Shown here: positions 35,059-44,269 of the stretch, piece by piece
Layout of the letters: every line of letters begins with the position of its first letter
How positions within the stretch are numbered: position 1 is the stretch's first letter
Assembly: GCA_965140445.1 (NCBI GenBank)
Contig: OZ223236.1
Location: 2,080,001 to 2,144,000 of the forward strand
Source: Candidatus Ozemobacteraceae bacterium
GTDB lineage: Bacteria > Muiribacteriota > Ozemobacteria > Ozemobacterales > Ozemobacteraceae
Direction of reading: 5' to 3'
Length of the DNA stretch: 64,000 nucleotides
Program-made: the position numbers and the translations under genes
The notes under the pieces: generated by a model
What the model saw: only the letters and a program-made list of their open reading frames with translations
Databases searched by the model: none
Told to the model about the DNA's origin: nothing

Positions 35059-35517
35059 GTGGTTTATGATGCTGGAAAGTTAATTTCGTGTAGGATTTGT
35101 GGCGCAATAATTGTTAAGTTGTCGAGAGACGTATGCCCCAAATGCTTTCAAAAAGAAGAAGAATTATTTCAAAAAGTAAAATCATATTTGAGGACCAGTC
35201 CAGGGTCTACAATTGAACAGGTTGCAAGCGATTTAAAGTGTACCGAAAAACAGGTTGAAGATTTTATTAAGTCTGGAAGATTGGAAAGAGTTGGAGTGCA
35301 AATAAATCACCCTTGCCAAATCTGTCAGAAAGAAATTTTGGAAGGAATAATTTGCCCGCTATGTAAGAAGGATCTGAAAGAGCAAGTGAGTTCCTTAAAA
35401 AATTCTACTGAAGATGATAACGGATCTGATCTTAACGGAAAAGATTCTGGTGATTTGGACCTTTCAAAGAAAAAGAACACTGGGGCCGGTGGACATGTTG
35501 GGAAGCGATCTAAATAG
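35059..35517 (+). CDS. YvyF/TIGR03826-like zinc-finger HTH protein
   Basis: CRICG...RDVCPKC...EEELFQKVKSYLR...FIKSGRL...HPCQIC...ICPLC matches the YvyF pattern. GTG 35059 follows SD GGAGGG; ATG 35047 is an alternative start. Confidence 0.75.
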   Translation: MVYDAGKLISCRICGAIIVKLSRDVCPKCFQKEEELFQKVKSYLRTSPGSTIEQVASDLKCTEKQVEDFIKSGRLERVGVQINHPCQICQKEILEGIICPLCKKDLKEQVSSLKNSTEDDNGSDLNGKDSGDLDLSKKKNTGAGGHVGKRSK

Positions 35518-35525
35518 GTTGATTG

Positions 35526-35554
35526 TTGAAAAGCAATTTACTCTATGCTAGACT
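35526..35554 (+). promoter_or_regulatory. Sigma-70 promoter with extended -10
   Basis: TTGAAA (35526-35531), 17-nt spacer, TGcTAGACT (TAGACT 35549-35554). This implies a leader of about 160 nt. Confidence 0.55.
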
Positions 35555-35722
35555 TACAAGAATTTAGAGCTTCTAGCTCTCTATTATACTATTTTAGAGG
35601 GCTGTGGTCTCTAGAGTTTAAAGGCGGCTAAGCCGCTAGTTTGTGCATTAATAGCTGTTTGTTTCAAGGAAACGGAAACAGCTTTTGATAAAATCACTCT
35701 AATTAAGGCGTAGGGAGACGGT

Positions 35723-37846
35723 ATGAATCCAACTGAGGAAAAAGGGGAGATCAGTAACGAATTCTTCAAAAAACTGAACCAACAAATCGTTCAGAAAGAT
35801 AATCTGATAAAGCTGCTCCAGTTGCAAATCCGCAACCTGAAGTCCCAAGTTGAAGAGGGAAGCGGAAGCAAAGAAGAAACCGCAGAACTCGAAAAAGCTC
35901 TTGAGGAAAAATCTTCTGAAGTGCAGCGATTGCTAGAAGAATTTAATGGTCAAAAGGAACAATTCGAAGTTCTATCCAGAGAAAAAGATGAGCAGATTCA
36001 GCAATTAAACCGGATGCTCGAAGAGCACCAGGGTGGAGACGCTGGGGCTGAAACTCTTGAGGACCCAAGAGTTCCAGAGCTTGAAGAAAAGCTTAGTGCT
36101 TTGCAGCAGGAGCTGGAATCGGAAAGAGCTACACGTGGAGAGCTTGAACAAAAAGTAGCGGAAACCGAAGGGGTTGAAGCTGTTATTCAAGAACTCCAAC
36201 AGGAAGTTGCATTTCTTCGTGAAAATGCTGGCGGTTCTACTGAGGAACTGCAAGCTGAAATTCAGCAGCTCCGCATTGCTGCGGAAGCCTCTAATGTTGA
36301 AATGGAACAACTTGGAATGGCTTTGCAGGGGAAAATAGAAGAAGTTAATAATTTAACTGCCCAAATTGAATCCTCTGCCGGAGAGCAAGATGCAAATTCC
36401 AGAGTGCTTGAGCTTGAACAAGATCTGGAAACTTTAAGAAATTTATTAGCCGAAAAAGATGAAGCGCTTGCAAATTCTTCAGCTGCTGGAGACAGTGGTC
36501 AGGCTGCAGAAATTCTTGAGCTTCAAACTCAGCTCGCTACAGCTACATCTGAGCTAGAGCAGCTGCGTTCTCAGCCAGCAGTTTCAGAAGAAATTGAAGC
36601 TGAGTTGGTTCGACTCAGAGAAGAAAATGCTTTAGTGGAAGACCTTAAGGCAAGGGTCAGCTCTCTCGAAGTTGAAGCGGCTTCATCAACCGAAATGGCG
36701 ATGAAAATTACCGCTTTAGAATCTGAGAGAGAACAGCTTGCTCAAGAAATGGAAAAAATTAAAGCTGAAAGCTCTGGAGATCCTGCTGAAGTTGACGCCT
36801 TAAAAGCTCAAATTCAGGAAATGGAACAAAAGCTTGGGGCTCGCGAGACAGAAGTTGCTGAGCTCAGAGTTGCTCTTGAGTCAAATCAGTCAGATGGTGA
36901 AGATGACTCGTCCATCAAAGAAGAAATTGAGCAATTAACTGCTCAGATCGCTGATCAGTTGCTTGCAATTCAAAACTTTGAAGGCATGCTTCAGGAAGCT
37001 AGAAATCAGGTTGAAGAAAAAGACCGTGAGATTTCTGTTCTTAGGTCTCAGGCAAATGTTGCTCCTCAGGCAGCCTCGGTAATCCCTGTAGACGGAGAAA
37101 GCGATATTATAACAAGCCTGCTGGATTTCTTCGATGGTTTAGACTCTTTACTTTCAAGAAACCCTATTCCAGAATTGCAAACCCTTCATCAGAAGCTTTT
37201 GGACAGACTTATTATTCCTAACCAGATTGCATATATGCCTGTAATCTCTGAAGAATTTAACCCTGAGTCACACCTGGCAACTGATTACTTTACCTCTGAT
37301 AGATTTCCTGAAAAGTGTGTCGTTTTTGAAGTTGAAAAAGGATATACAAAGGGCGATACCGTGGTTAAAAAGGCTAAGGTATGGGTTGTTCAAAATTTAT
37401 TCCAATGCCAGGCATGTAATGCCATTCAAAGTAATTCAGACAGTAGATTCTGCCATATGTGTGGAGCCAAAATAATTGCTCCAAATGGTCTTCCAGTGGA
37501 TAGTCTCCCTGTGTTCGAACCTACGCCGACCACATATCTTAGATTTGCTGAAAGAATGCTTGAAAAAGATGACACTGCAAAAGCCCGGGAATATTTAGAG
37601 TCAGGACTTGAGTTGGATTCCAACTTCTTCCCATTGATGGTTAAACTTGGAGACCTGTATGCAGCAGAATCTAACTTCGAGGAAGCAATAGATGTGCTTA
37701 CTCGTGCAGTTAAGGTAAAAGCTGATCCTAGACTTCAAGATAAAATTCAGGAAATGCAGGTTAAATTAAATATTTTCAAGCAAGCCCAATCCCTACATCT
37801 AAATCCTGAAGAACTGGATAAACTGGTTCATCTAATTAAGAAATAA
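35723..37846 (+). CDS. Long acidic coiled-coil protein with GrpE-like domain, zinc ribbon and TPR
   Basis: About 450 aa of Glu/Gln/Leu heptads, then EEFNPESHLA...VVFEVEKGYTKGDTVVKKAKVWV (GrpE head), CQAC...CHMCG and TPR helices. Confidence 0.75.
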   Translation: MNPTEEKGEISNEFFKKLNQQIVQKDNLIKLLQLQIRNLKSQVEEGSGSKEETAELEKALEEKSSEVQRLLEEFNGQKEQFEVLSREKDEQIQQLNRMLEEHQGGDAGAETLEDPRVPELEEKLSALQQELESERATRGELEQKVAETEGVEAVIQELQQEVAFLRENAGGSTEELQAEIQQLRIAAEASNVEMEQLGMALQGKIEEVNNLTAQIESSAGEQDANSRVLELEQDLETLRNLLAEKDEALANSSAAGDSGQAAEILELQTQLATATSELEQLRSQPAVSEEIEAELVRLREENALVEDLKARVSSLEVEAASSTEMAMKITALESEREQLAQEMEKIKAESSGDPAEVDALKAQIQEMEQKLGARETEVAELRVALESNQSDGEDDSSIKEEIEQLTAQIADQLLAIQNFEGMLQEARNQVEEKDREISVLRSQANVAPQAASVIPVDGESDIITSLLDFFDGLDSLLSRNPIPELQTLHQKLLDRLIIPNQIAYMPVISEEFNPESHLATDYFTSDRFPEKCVVFEVEKGYTKGDTVVKKAKVWVVQNLFQCQACNAIQSNSDSRFCHMCGAKIIAPNGLPVDSLPVFEPTPTTYLRFAERMLEKDDTAKAREYLESGLELDSNFFPLMVKLGDLYAAESNFEEAIDVLTRAVKVKADPRLQDKIQEMQVKLNIFKQAQSLHLNPEELDKLVHLIKK

Positions 37847-37869
37847 AAAGAAACAGGAACTGAACTGAA

Positions 37870-40539
37870 ATGCCACAGAATAATACTATTGAAAACCTTC
37901 CAAAAGCCTATGATCCGGTAGATGTCGAAAGCAAGATATATGATAGCTGGGAAACCTCAGGTTGTTTTCGTGCTGATGAAAATTCGGATAAAGAAAAGTT
38001 CTGCATTGTAATCCCTCCCCCTAACGTTACTGGGATGCTAACAATGGGACATGTTCTAAACAACACCCTGCAAGACATTCTTATCAGATACCACCGGATG
38101 AATGGAAAAGAAACTCTTTGGCTGCCTGGCACAGACCATGCAGGAATTGCTACTCAAAACGTCGTTGAGAAAGCGCTTGCAAAGGAAAAAGTGTCCAGAC
38201 ATGACTTAGGAAGAGAGAAATTTCTGGAAAAGGTTTGGTCCTGGAAAGAAAAGTATGGTGGCATCATTCTTAGTCAGCTAAAGCGACTTGGCTGTTCTTG
38301 TGACTGGGAAAGAGAAAGATTTACTATGGATGATGGCCTTAGTAAAGCCGTTCAGAAAAGCTTTATTCAGCTTTACGAAGATGGCCTTATTTACAAGGGA
38401 AAATACATCATCAATTGGTGTCCACGCTGTAGAACCGCTTTGTCAGACGAAGAAAAAATTCCAGAGGATACAAAAGGTAGCCTTTGGCACATGAGATACC
38501 CAAGAAAAGATGGAAAGGGTTATGTTGTAGTAGCTACTACCCGCCCTGAAACTATGCTTGGTGACACGGCTGTGGCAGTTAGCCCGGAAGATGAAAGATA
38601 TAAAGATTTAATCGGACAAACTCTAATTCTTCCTTTCATCGGAAGAGAAATTAAGATTGTTGCTGATGAATATGTTGATCCTGCCTTCGGAACCGGTGCC
38701 GTAAAAATTACTCCAGCTCATGACCCAAATGACTTTGAAATGGGAAAAAGACATAACCTCGAACAGATCGTTGTAATGGACGAAGGCGGAGTTATGAATG
38801 AGCAGGCTGGTGAATTTAAAGGCATGGACCGATTTAAAGCCAGAAAAGCTATTATTGCCAGACTTGAAGAAGAAGAATTGCTTGAAAAAATTGAAGATCA
38901 TGATTTAGCAGTTGGTCATTGTGAGCGATGTAAAACCGTTATTGAACCATATCTATCTGATCAATGGTTTGTAAAAATGAAACCTCTTGCGGTAAAAGCT
39001 GTAGAGGCGATAAATGACGGCACTCTAAGATTTACTCCTTCCAGATGGAATGGCGTGTATTTGCATTGGATGGAAAACATTCGCGATTGGTGTATCAGCA
39101 GACAACTTTGGTGGGGCCACCGAATTCCGGCATATACATGCTCCAGTTGCGGGGAAGTTATGGTTGCAGACCAGATGCCACAAAGCTGTAAAAAATGTAA
39201 TGCCACTGAAGGAATTGCTCAGGATGAAGATGTTCTGGACACATGGTTTTCTTCATGGTTATGGCCTTTTTCAACAATGGGCTGGCCAGAGGATACAGAA
39301 ACTTTAAGAAAGTTCTATCCAACTGACTCGCTTGTTACGGGGCCGGATATCATTTTCTTCTGGGTGGCCAGAATGGTTATGGCAGGATATTATTTTATGG
39401 ATGAATGCCCTTTCCATGATGTTTATTTCACAAGCATCGTTAGGGACATGAAGGGCCGTAAAATGAGCAAATCTTTGGGAAATAGCCCGGATCCTCTGGA
39501 TATTATCTCAAAGTATGGCGCTGACGCCCTTAGATATACTGTCATTTCTTTGGCTCCAGTTGGGCAGGATATCAAGTTTTCTGAAGAAAAAGTTGAAATC
39601 GGCAGAAATTTTGCAAATAAACTGTGGAATGCTTCAAGATTTGTTCTTATGAATCTTGAAGGAGCAGAGTGTAGCGTTGAAGCAGCTTTGCCTGATGAGT
39701 CTCTGCTTAGCCCTGCGGATCGTTGGATTCTCTCTCGAATGAACAATGCTATTGAACAGGTTAGACAGAATCTCGCCGATGGACAGTATAAATTTAATGA
39801 TGCGTTAAAAGCTGTTTATGAATTTATATGGAATGAATACTGCGATTGGTATATTGAAATGTGTAAGCCCGTTCTTAATGGCGAAGATCAAGCAGCTAAA
39901 GCTGCTGTTCACCAGGTTCTGGTGTCATGCTTAGATGGCGCTTTAAGAATGTTACATCCTTTTATGCCTTTCATTACTGAAGAAATCTGGCAGAAATTAC
40001 CAGGTGCAAATGGCACTTTGATGACTTCTCAATTCCCTGTTTCTGAAGCTTCTCGCGTGAATGTTCCTTTGGAACAGGAGATCGGTGAGCTTATGGAAGC
40101 GGTTAGGGTTATAAGGAACCTGAGAGCTTCTGCTAATGTTTCACCAGCCAAAAAAGTAACCGTTAGGGTAGTAAGCACTGATGGAATAAGCAGTATATTC
40201 AATGATCATAAGGCGTTAATCTTAAAATTGGCCAGATTAGAAACCTTAGAAATTGTTGAAAGCAAACCAGAGGGACATTTGGTTAGCTTAATGGATTCAA
40301 CAGAGATTTGCCTCGACTTAGCCGGTTTAATTAACAAAGAATTAGAGCTCGAAAGAGTTGAAAATGAATTGGCTAAGATTCAAAAAGAGATGGCAAAAAT
40401 ATCTGTAAAACTGGAGAATGAAAACTTTGTTAAGAAGGCTCCAGAGGCTGTTGTTCAGAAAATTCGTGATGGAATCCAGGCCTATGAACAGCAGATTGAA
40501 AAACTTAACGAATACCAGAAAGAATTGAGGGCTATTTAA
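37870..40539 (+). CDS. valS: Valine-tRNA ligase
   Basis: [44 protein letters not shown] and a C-terminal coiled coil. Confidence 0.98.
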   Translation: MPQNNTIENLPKAYDPVDVESKIYDSWETSGCFRADENSDKEKFCIVIPPPNVTGMLTMGHVLNNTLQDILIRYHRMNGKETLWLPGTDHAGIATQNVVEKALAKEKVSRHDLGREKFLEKVWSWKEKYGGIILSQLKRLGCSCDWERERFTMDDGLSKAVQKSFIQLYEDGLIYKGKYIINWCPRCRTALSDEEKIPEDTKGSLWHMRYPRKDGKGYVVVATTRPETMLGDTAVAVSPEDERYKDLIGQTLILPFIGREIKIVADEYVDPAFGTGAVKITPAHDPNDFEMGKRHNLEQIVVMDEGGVMNEQAGEFKGMDRFKARKAIIARLEEEELLEKIEDHDLAVGHCERCKTVIEPYLSDQWFVKMKPLAVKAVEAINDGTLRFTPSRWNGVYLHWMENIRDWCISRQLWWGHRIPAYTCSSCGEVMVADQMPQSCKKCNATEGIAQDEDVLDTWFSSWLWPFSTMGWPEDTETLRKFYPTDSLVTGPDIIFFWVARMVMAGYYFMDECPFHDVYFTSIVRDMKGRKMSKSLGNSPDPLDIISKYGADALRYTVISLAPVGQDIKFSEEKVEIGRNFANKLWNASRFVLMNLEGAECSVEAALPDESLLSPADRWILSRMNNAIEQVRQNLADGQYKFNDALKAVYEFIWNEYCDWYIEMCKPVLNGEDQAAKAAVHQVLVSCLDGALRMLHPFMPFITEEIWQKLPGANGTLMTSQFPVSEASRVNVPLEQEIGELMEAVRVIRNLRASANVSPAKKVTVRVVSTDGISSIFNDHKALILKLARLETLEIVESKPEGHLVSLMDSTEICLDLAGLINKELELERVENELAKIQKEMAKISVKLENENFVKKAPEAVVQKIRDGIQAYEQQIEKLNEYQKELRAI

Positions 40540-40541
40540 AC

Positions 40542-41765
40542 GTGAAATTCAGTGCAACACCAAAGGAACAACTTGAAATCGTTACAACTGGGACAGCTGA
40601 TGTAATTTCCCGTGAAGAGTTACTTAAGAAGCTTGAAAAGTCATATGAGACTGGCAAGCCCCTAACCATAAAGCTTGGCGCAGACCCATCTGCTCCAGAT
40701 ATTCATCTTGGTCATACTGTTGTGTTACAAAAAATGAGACAGTTTCAGTCTCTTGGCCACGATGTTGTCTTTTTGATCGGTGACTTCACAGGAAGAATTG
40801 GTGATCCCACTGGTAAAAAAAAGACTCGCCCTGCTTTAACAGAAGAAGAAGTTCTTGCCAATGCCGAAACCTACAAGAATCAGATTGGTAAAATTCTTGA
40901 TCTGGAAAAAACAAGAATTGTTTTTAACTCTGATTGGCTTGGAAAGATGACTTTTGCCGATGTTCTGAAGTTGAGCTCTCAATATACGGTTGCGAGAATG
41001 CTTGAAAGAGATGACTTTGAAAAGCGATTTAAAAGTCAAACTCCAATTAGCGTTGTTGAGTTTATGTATCCGTTAATGCAAGGATACGATTCTGTCGCTT
41101 TAAAATCCGATGTTGAACTAGGCGGAGTAGATCAGACTTTCAATCTTCTTGTAGGTAGAGAATTGCAACGGGCTTATGGACAAGCTCCTCAGGTAACCCT
41201 GACCATGCCAATTCTCGAAGGCTTGGACGGAAAAGAGAAAATGTCCAAGAGTCTTGGAAATTACGTTGGGATAGACGAAGAGGCTGGCCAGATATATGGC
41301 AAATTGATGTCAATTCCTGATGATTTAATGATGAAATATTATGAATTGCTTACAGATCTTTCATTGACCGATCTGAACTCTGTTCGCGAAAGAATCGTAA
41401 CAGAGCCAAAGAAAGTTAAGATGATGCTGGCAAAGCAGATTACTTCTCAATACCATGGAACTGAAGCTGGAGATGCTGCGGAAGCTGGCTTTGAAAAGCT
41501 TTTTGGCAAATCTGGAGATGGTCTTCCTGATGATATTGAAGAATTAGAACTATCTGTGGGAGACGAAGGTATCCCGCTAATGAAACTTCTTACCACCGCA
41601 GATATGGCTCCAAGCGGTGGAGAGGCTAGAAGACTACTCAAACAGGGTGGAATCAAGATTGACCAGCAGAAGGTTGAAGATGCTCAATTGCTTTTAAAAG
41701 CAGGAACAGAGTTTATTCTACAGGCCGGAAAGCGCAAGTTTAAAAAGATTATATTGAAGTCCTGA
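40542..41765 (+). CDS. tyrS: Tyrosine-tRNA ligase
   Basis: [31 protein letters not shown] and a C-terminal S4 domain. Confidence 0.98.
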   Translation: MKFSATPKEQLEIVTTGTADVISREELLKKLEKSYETGKPLTIKLGADPSAPDIHLGHTVVLQKMRQFQSLGHDVVFLIGDFTGRIGDPTGKKKTRPALTEEEVLANAETYKNQIGKILDLEKTRIVFNSDWLGKMTFADVLKLSSQYTVARMLERDDFEKRFKSQTPISVVEFMYPLMQGYDSVALKSDVELGGVDQTFNLLVGRELQRAYGQAPQVTLTMPILEGLDGKEKMSKSLGNYVGIDEEAGQIYGKLMSIPDDLMMKYYELLTDLSLTDLNSVRERIVTEPKKVKMMLAKQITSQYHGTEAGDAAEAGFEKLFGKSGDGLPDDIEELELSVGDEGIPLMKLLTTADMAPSGGEARRLLKQGGIKIDQQKVEDAQLLLKAGTEFILQAGKRKFKKIILKS

Positions 41766-41799
41766 GTATAGGACATAATTAAGGAGACAGATTAATAAA

Positions 41800-43719
41800 A
41801 TGTCTGAAAATATACAGCTTAAGTTACCCGATGGAAAAATTATAGAAGTTAAATCTGGCGCAACAGTTTTTGATGCGGCAATGGTTATAGGGCCTGGTCT
41901 GGCAAAAGCCACACTGGCTGGGAAAATTAATGGAAAGCTTGTAGATCTAAGAACTGAGTTAAAGGATTCCGCCGACTTTGAAGTTGTGACCTTAAAATCT
42001 CCTGAAGCATGTGAAGTCTTCAGGCATTCGATGGCACACATTATGGCAGAAGCCGTTTTAAAACTTTTCCCTGAAGCTCAATTTGGAATCGGACCAACTA
42101 TTGAGAATGGTTTCTACTACGATTTCCTTCTATCAAGATCATTAACCCCAGAAGATCTTGAAACTATAGAGAAAGAAATGAAAACCATCATCAAGGCAAA
42201 GGGAGCATTTGAAAAGAAAGTTTGGAGCCGCGATGAGGCTCTGAAGTTTTTTACAGATACCAAACAGCCGTTCAAGGTAGAGCTTATTTATGATTTACCT
42301 GAAAATGAAGTTATTTCTACTTATTCTCATGGAGAATTTACAGATCTTTGTCGCGGTCCTCATGTGCAGGATGTCGGCGTCGTAAAGAATTTTAAACTTC
42401 TTTCAATTGCAGGTGCATATTGGAGGGGTGATGAAAAGCGCCCAATGCTCCAAAGAATCTACGGAACTGCTTTTGCAAACAAAGAAGAAATGGCTGAACA
42501 TCTTCATCAGCTTGAAGAAGCTAAGAAAAGAGATCATAGAAAGCTCGGTAAAGAACTTGACCTGTATTCAATCCACGAAGAAGTTGGACCAGGATTGGTT
42601 TTCTGGCATCCAAAAGGCGCAAGAATTCGTCATGAAATTGAGAAGTTCTGGAAAGACGCGCATTATAACAATGGATATGAATTAATTTATAGTCCTCATG
42701 TTGGACAGAGTTGGCTATGGGAAACTAGTGGACATCTGGGTTTCTATAAAGACACTATGTATAGTCCAATGGAAATTGATAATGCGGATTACTTCATTAA
42801 GCCAATGAACTGTCCTTTCCATATTATGATCTATAAAACTCAAAATAGATCATATCGCGATTTGCCTTTACGCTGGGCCGAGCTGGGAACTGTTTACAGA
42901 TATGAAAAAAGTGGAGTTCTGCACGGAATGCTTAGAGTTCGTGGCTTTACTCAGGATGACGCGCATATCATTTGTACTCCAGAACAGATTGAAGCAGAAA
43001 TTCGTGAAGTTTTGCGCTTCAGTTTATCAATGTGGAAAGCTCTTGGTTTTTCTGAAATCAAAGCTTATTTGGCTACACGGCCTGAAAAAGCTGTTGGTGA
43101 GCAGAGCAGATGGGATCAAGCTATTGAATCTCTTGAAAGAGCTGTTGAAGCTGAAGGACTTGAGTGCGAGTTGGATGAAGGCGGCGGAGCTTTCTATGGC
43201 CCTAAAATTGACTTGAAAATCAAAGATGCCCTTGGAAGAGAATGGCAGATGACAACAATTCAATTTGATTTTAATCTTCCTGAAAGATTTGATATGACTT
43301 ACATCGGCTCTGATGGAAATAAGCATCGGCCTTATATGGTTCATAGAGCATTGCTTGGATCTCTTGAAAGATTCTTCGGTGTATTAATTGAAAATTATGC
43401 AGGCGCAATGCCTTTGTGGCTAGCACCTGTTCAAGCTGTGGTTTTACCAATCTCTGAAAAGCACTCTGAATATAGCAGAGAGGTTATTAAAAAACTAAAA
43501 GCTTCTGGAATCAGATGTGAATTAGACGATAGAAGCGATAAGATTAGTTATAGAATCAGGCAGGCACAGCTTGAGAAGATCACTTTTATGATTATCATAG
43601 GTGATCAGGAAGCAAATGACGGAACAGTAACCGTTAGAATGAGAAACGGTGAAAACCTTACTGGCATTAATCTTGAAGAATTTATTAAGGAACAGGAATG
43701 GAAAAAAGTTTTAGCCTAA
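41800..43719 (+). CDS. thrS: Threonine-tRNA ligase
   Basis: TGS domain, HSMAH, DLCRGPH, RDHRKLG, KPMNCPFH, RVRGFTQDDAH, AFYGPKID, HRALLGSLERF. Confidence 0.98.
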   Translation: MSENIQLKLPDGKIIEVKSGATVFDAAMVIGPGLAKATLAGKINGKLVDLRTELKDSADFEVVTLKSPEACEVFRHSMAHIMAEAVLKLFPEAQFGIGPTIENGFYYDFLLSRSLTPEDLETIEKEMKTIIKAKGAFEKKVWSRDEALKFFTDTKQPFKVELIYDLPENEVISTYSHGEFTDLCRGPHVQDVGVVKNFKLLSIAGAYWRGDEKRPMLQRIYGTAFANKEEMAEHLHQLEEAKKRDHRKLGKELDLYSIHEEVGPGLVFWHPKGARIRHEIEKFWKDAHYNNGYELIYSPHVGQSWLWETSGHLGFYKDTMYSPMEIDNADYFIKPMNCPFHIMIYKTQNRSYRDLPLRWAELGTVYRYEKSGVLHGMLRVRGFTQDDAHIICTPEQIEAEIREVLRFSLSMWKALGFSEIKAYLATRPEKAVGEQSRWDQAIESLERAVEAEGLECELDEGGGAFYGPKIDLKIKDALGREWQMTTIQFDFNLPERFDMTYIGSDGNKHRPYMVHRALLGSLERFFGVLIENYAGAMPLWLAPVQAVVLPISEKHSEYSREVIKKLKASGIRCELDDRSDKISYRIRQAQLEKITFMIIIGDQEANDGTVTVRMRNGENLTGINLEEFIKEQEWKKVLA

Positions 43720-44051
43720 CATTGAAAGATGTTGGTGATATCATTTACCGCATCACTCAGCGTTATCTGTTCAGGAAAAACATTGACCTGGGCATGGACG
43801 TTACTATTCAGGAAAGTCCGCTCCAGGAAATGCATGTGTTGCGTCTTCTAGACAATACCAGGCTCTTAGTAAAAATTTTCCCTCATAAAAACTTTTCTCA
43901 GGATCTTGTGTTCAGGATCGAGGTTTATAAAACCAGAGAAGGCGATATGAGGGGTAATAAAATCGCATTTATGGAAGCTTCGCGCCACGATGATGCAGTA
44001 GATGAAATTCATCGTTTTGTTCAGAGCTACCTTTCACAGTTAGGTTTCTAG
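43698..44051 (+). CDS. Hypothetical protein
   Basis: 117-aa ORF overlapping the thrS end and filling the gap to the next gene. The start is uncertain. Confidence 0.65.
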   Translation: MEKSFSLTLKDVGDIIYRITQRYLFRKNIDLGMDVTIQESPLQEMHVLRLLDNTRLLVKIFPHKNFSQDLVFRIEVYKTREGDMRGNKIAFMEASRHDDAVDEIHRFVQSYLSQLGF

Positions 44052-44075
44052 CTAAATTTAAAACAGGAGAGTTTT

Positions 44076-44261
44076 ATGCAGGCAGTAATCGATTCGACAA
44101 AAGGTGCTTTTTTCAGGTGTCTACTTGAAAATGGTGATTTGCTTAATGTTCACAAGTCTTCGTTACCAGAAAACGCTCAAATTGGAAGTGTAATAAAAAT
44201 TAACTTTGAATTAGATACAGAAGCTACAGAAAAACAGCAAAAATTAATGAAGAAATCTTAG
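44076..44261 (+). CDS. DUF3006-like small protein
   Basis: SD AGGAG. AVIDS..G....LLENG....V.KS.LPENA..GSVI.I....D.EATE resembles DUF3006. Confidence 0.7.
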   Translation: MQAVIDSTKGAFFRCLLENGDLLNVHKSSLPENAQIGSVIKINFELDTEATEKQQKLMKKS

Positions 44262-44269
44262 TTGTCGGT

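Noticed and set aside
35690..35722. Possible T-box riboswitch upstream of the synthetase run (AATTAAGGCGTAGGG)
   Set aside because: It lacks the UGGNACC antiterminator bulge and a following terminator, and I see no stem I AGUUGA/GNUG motifs.
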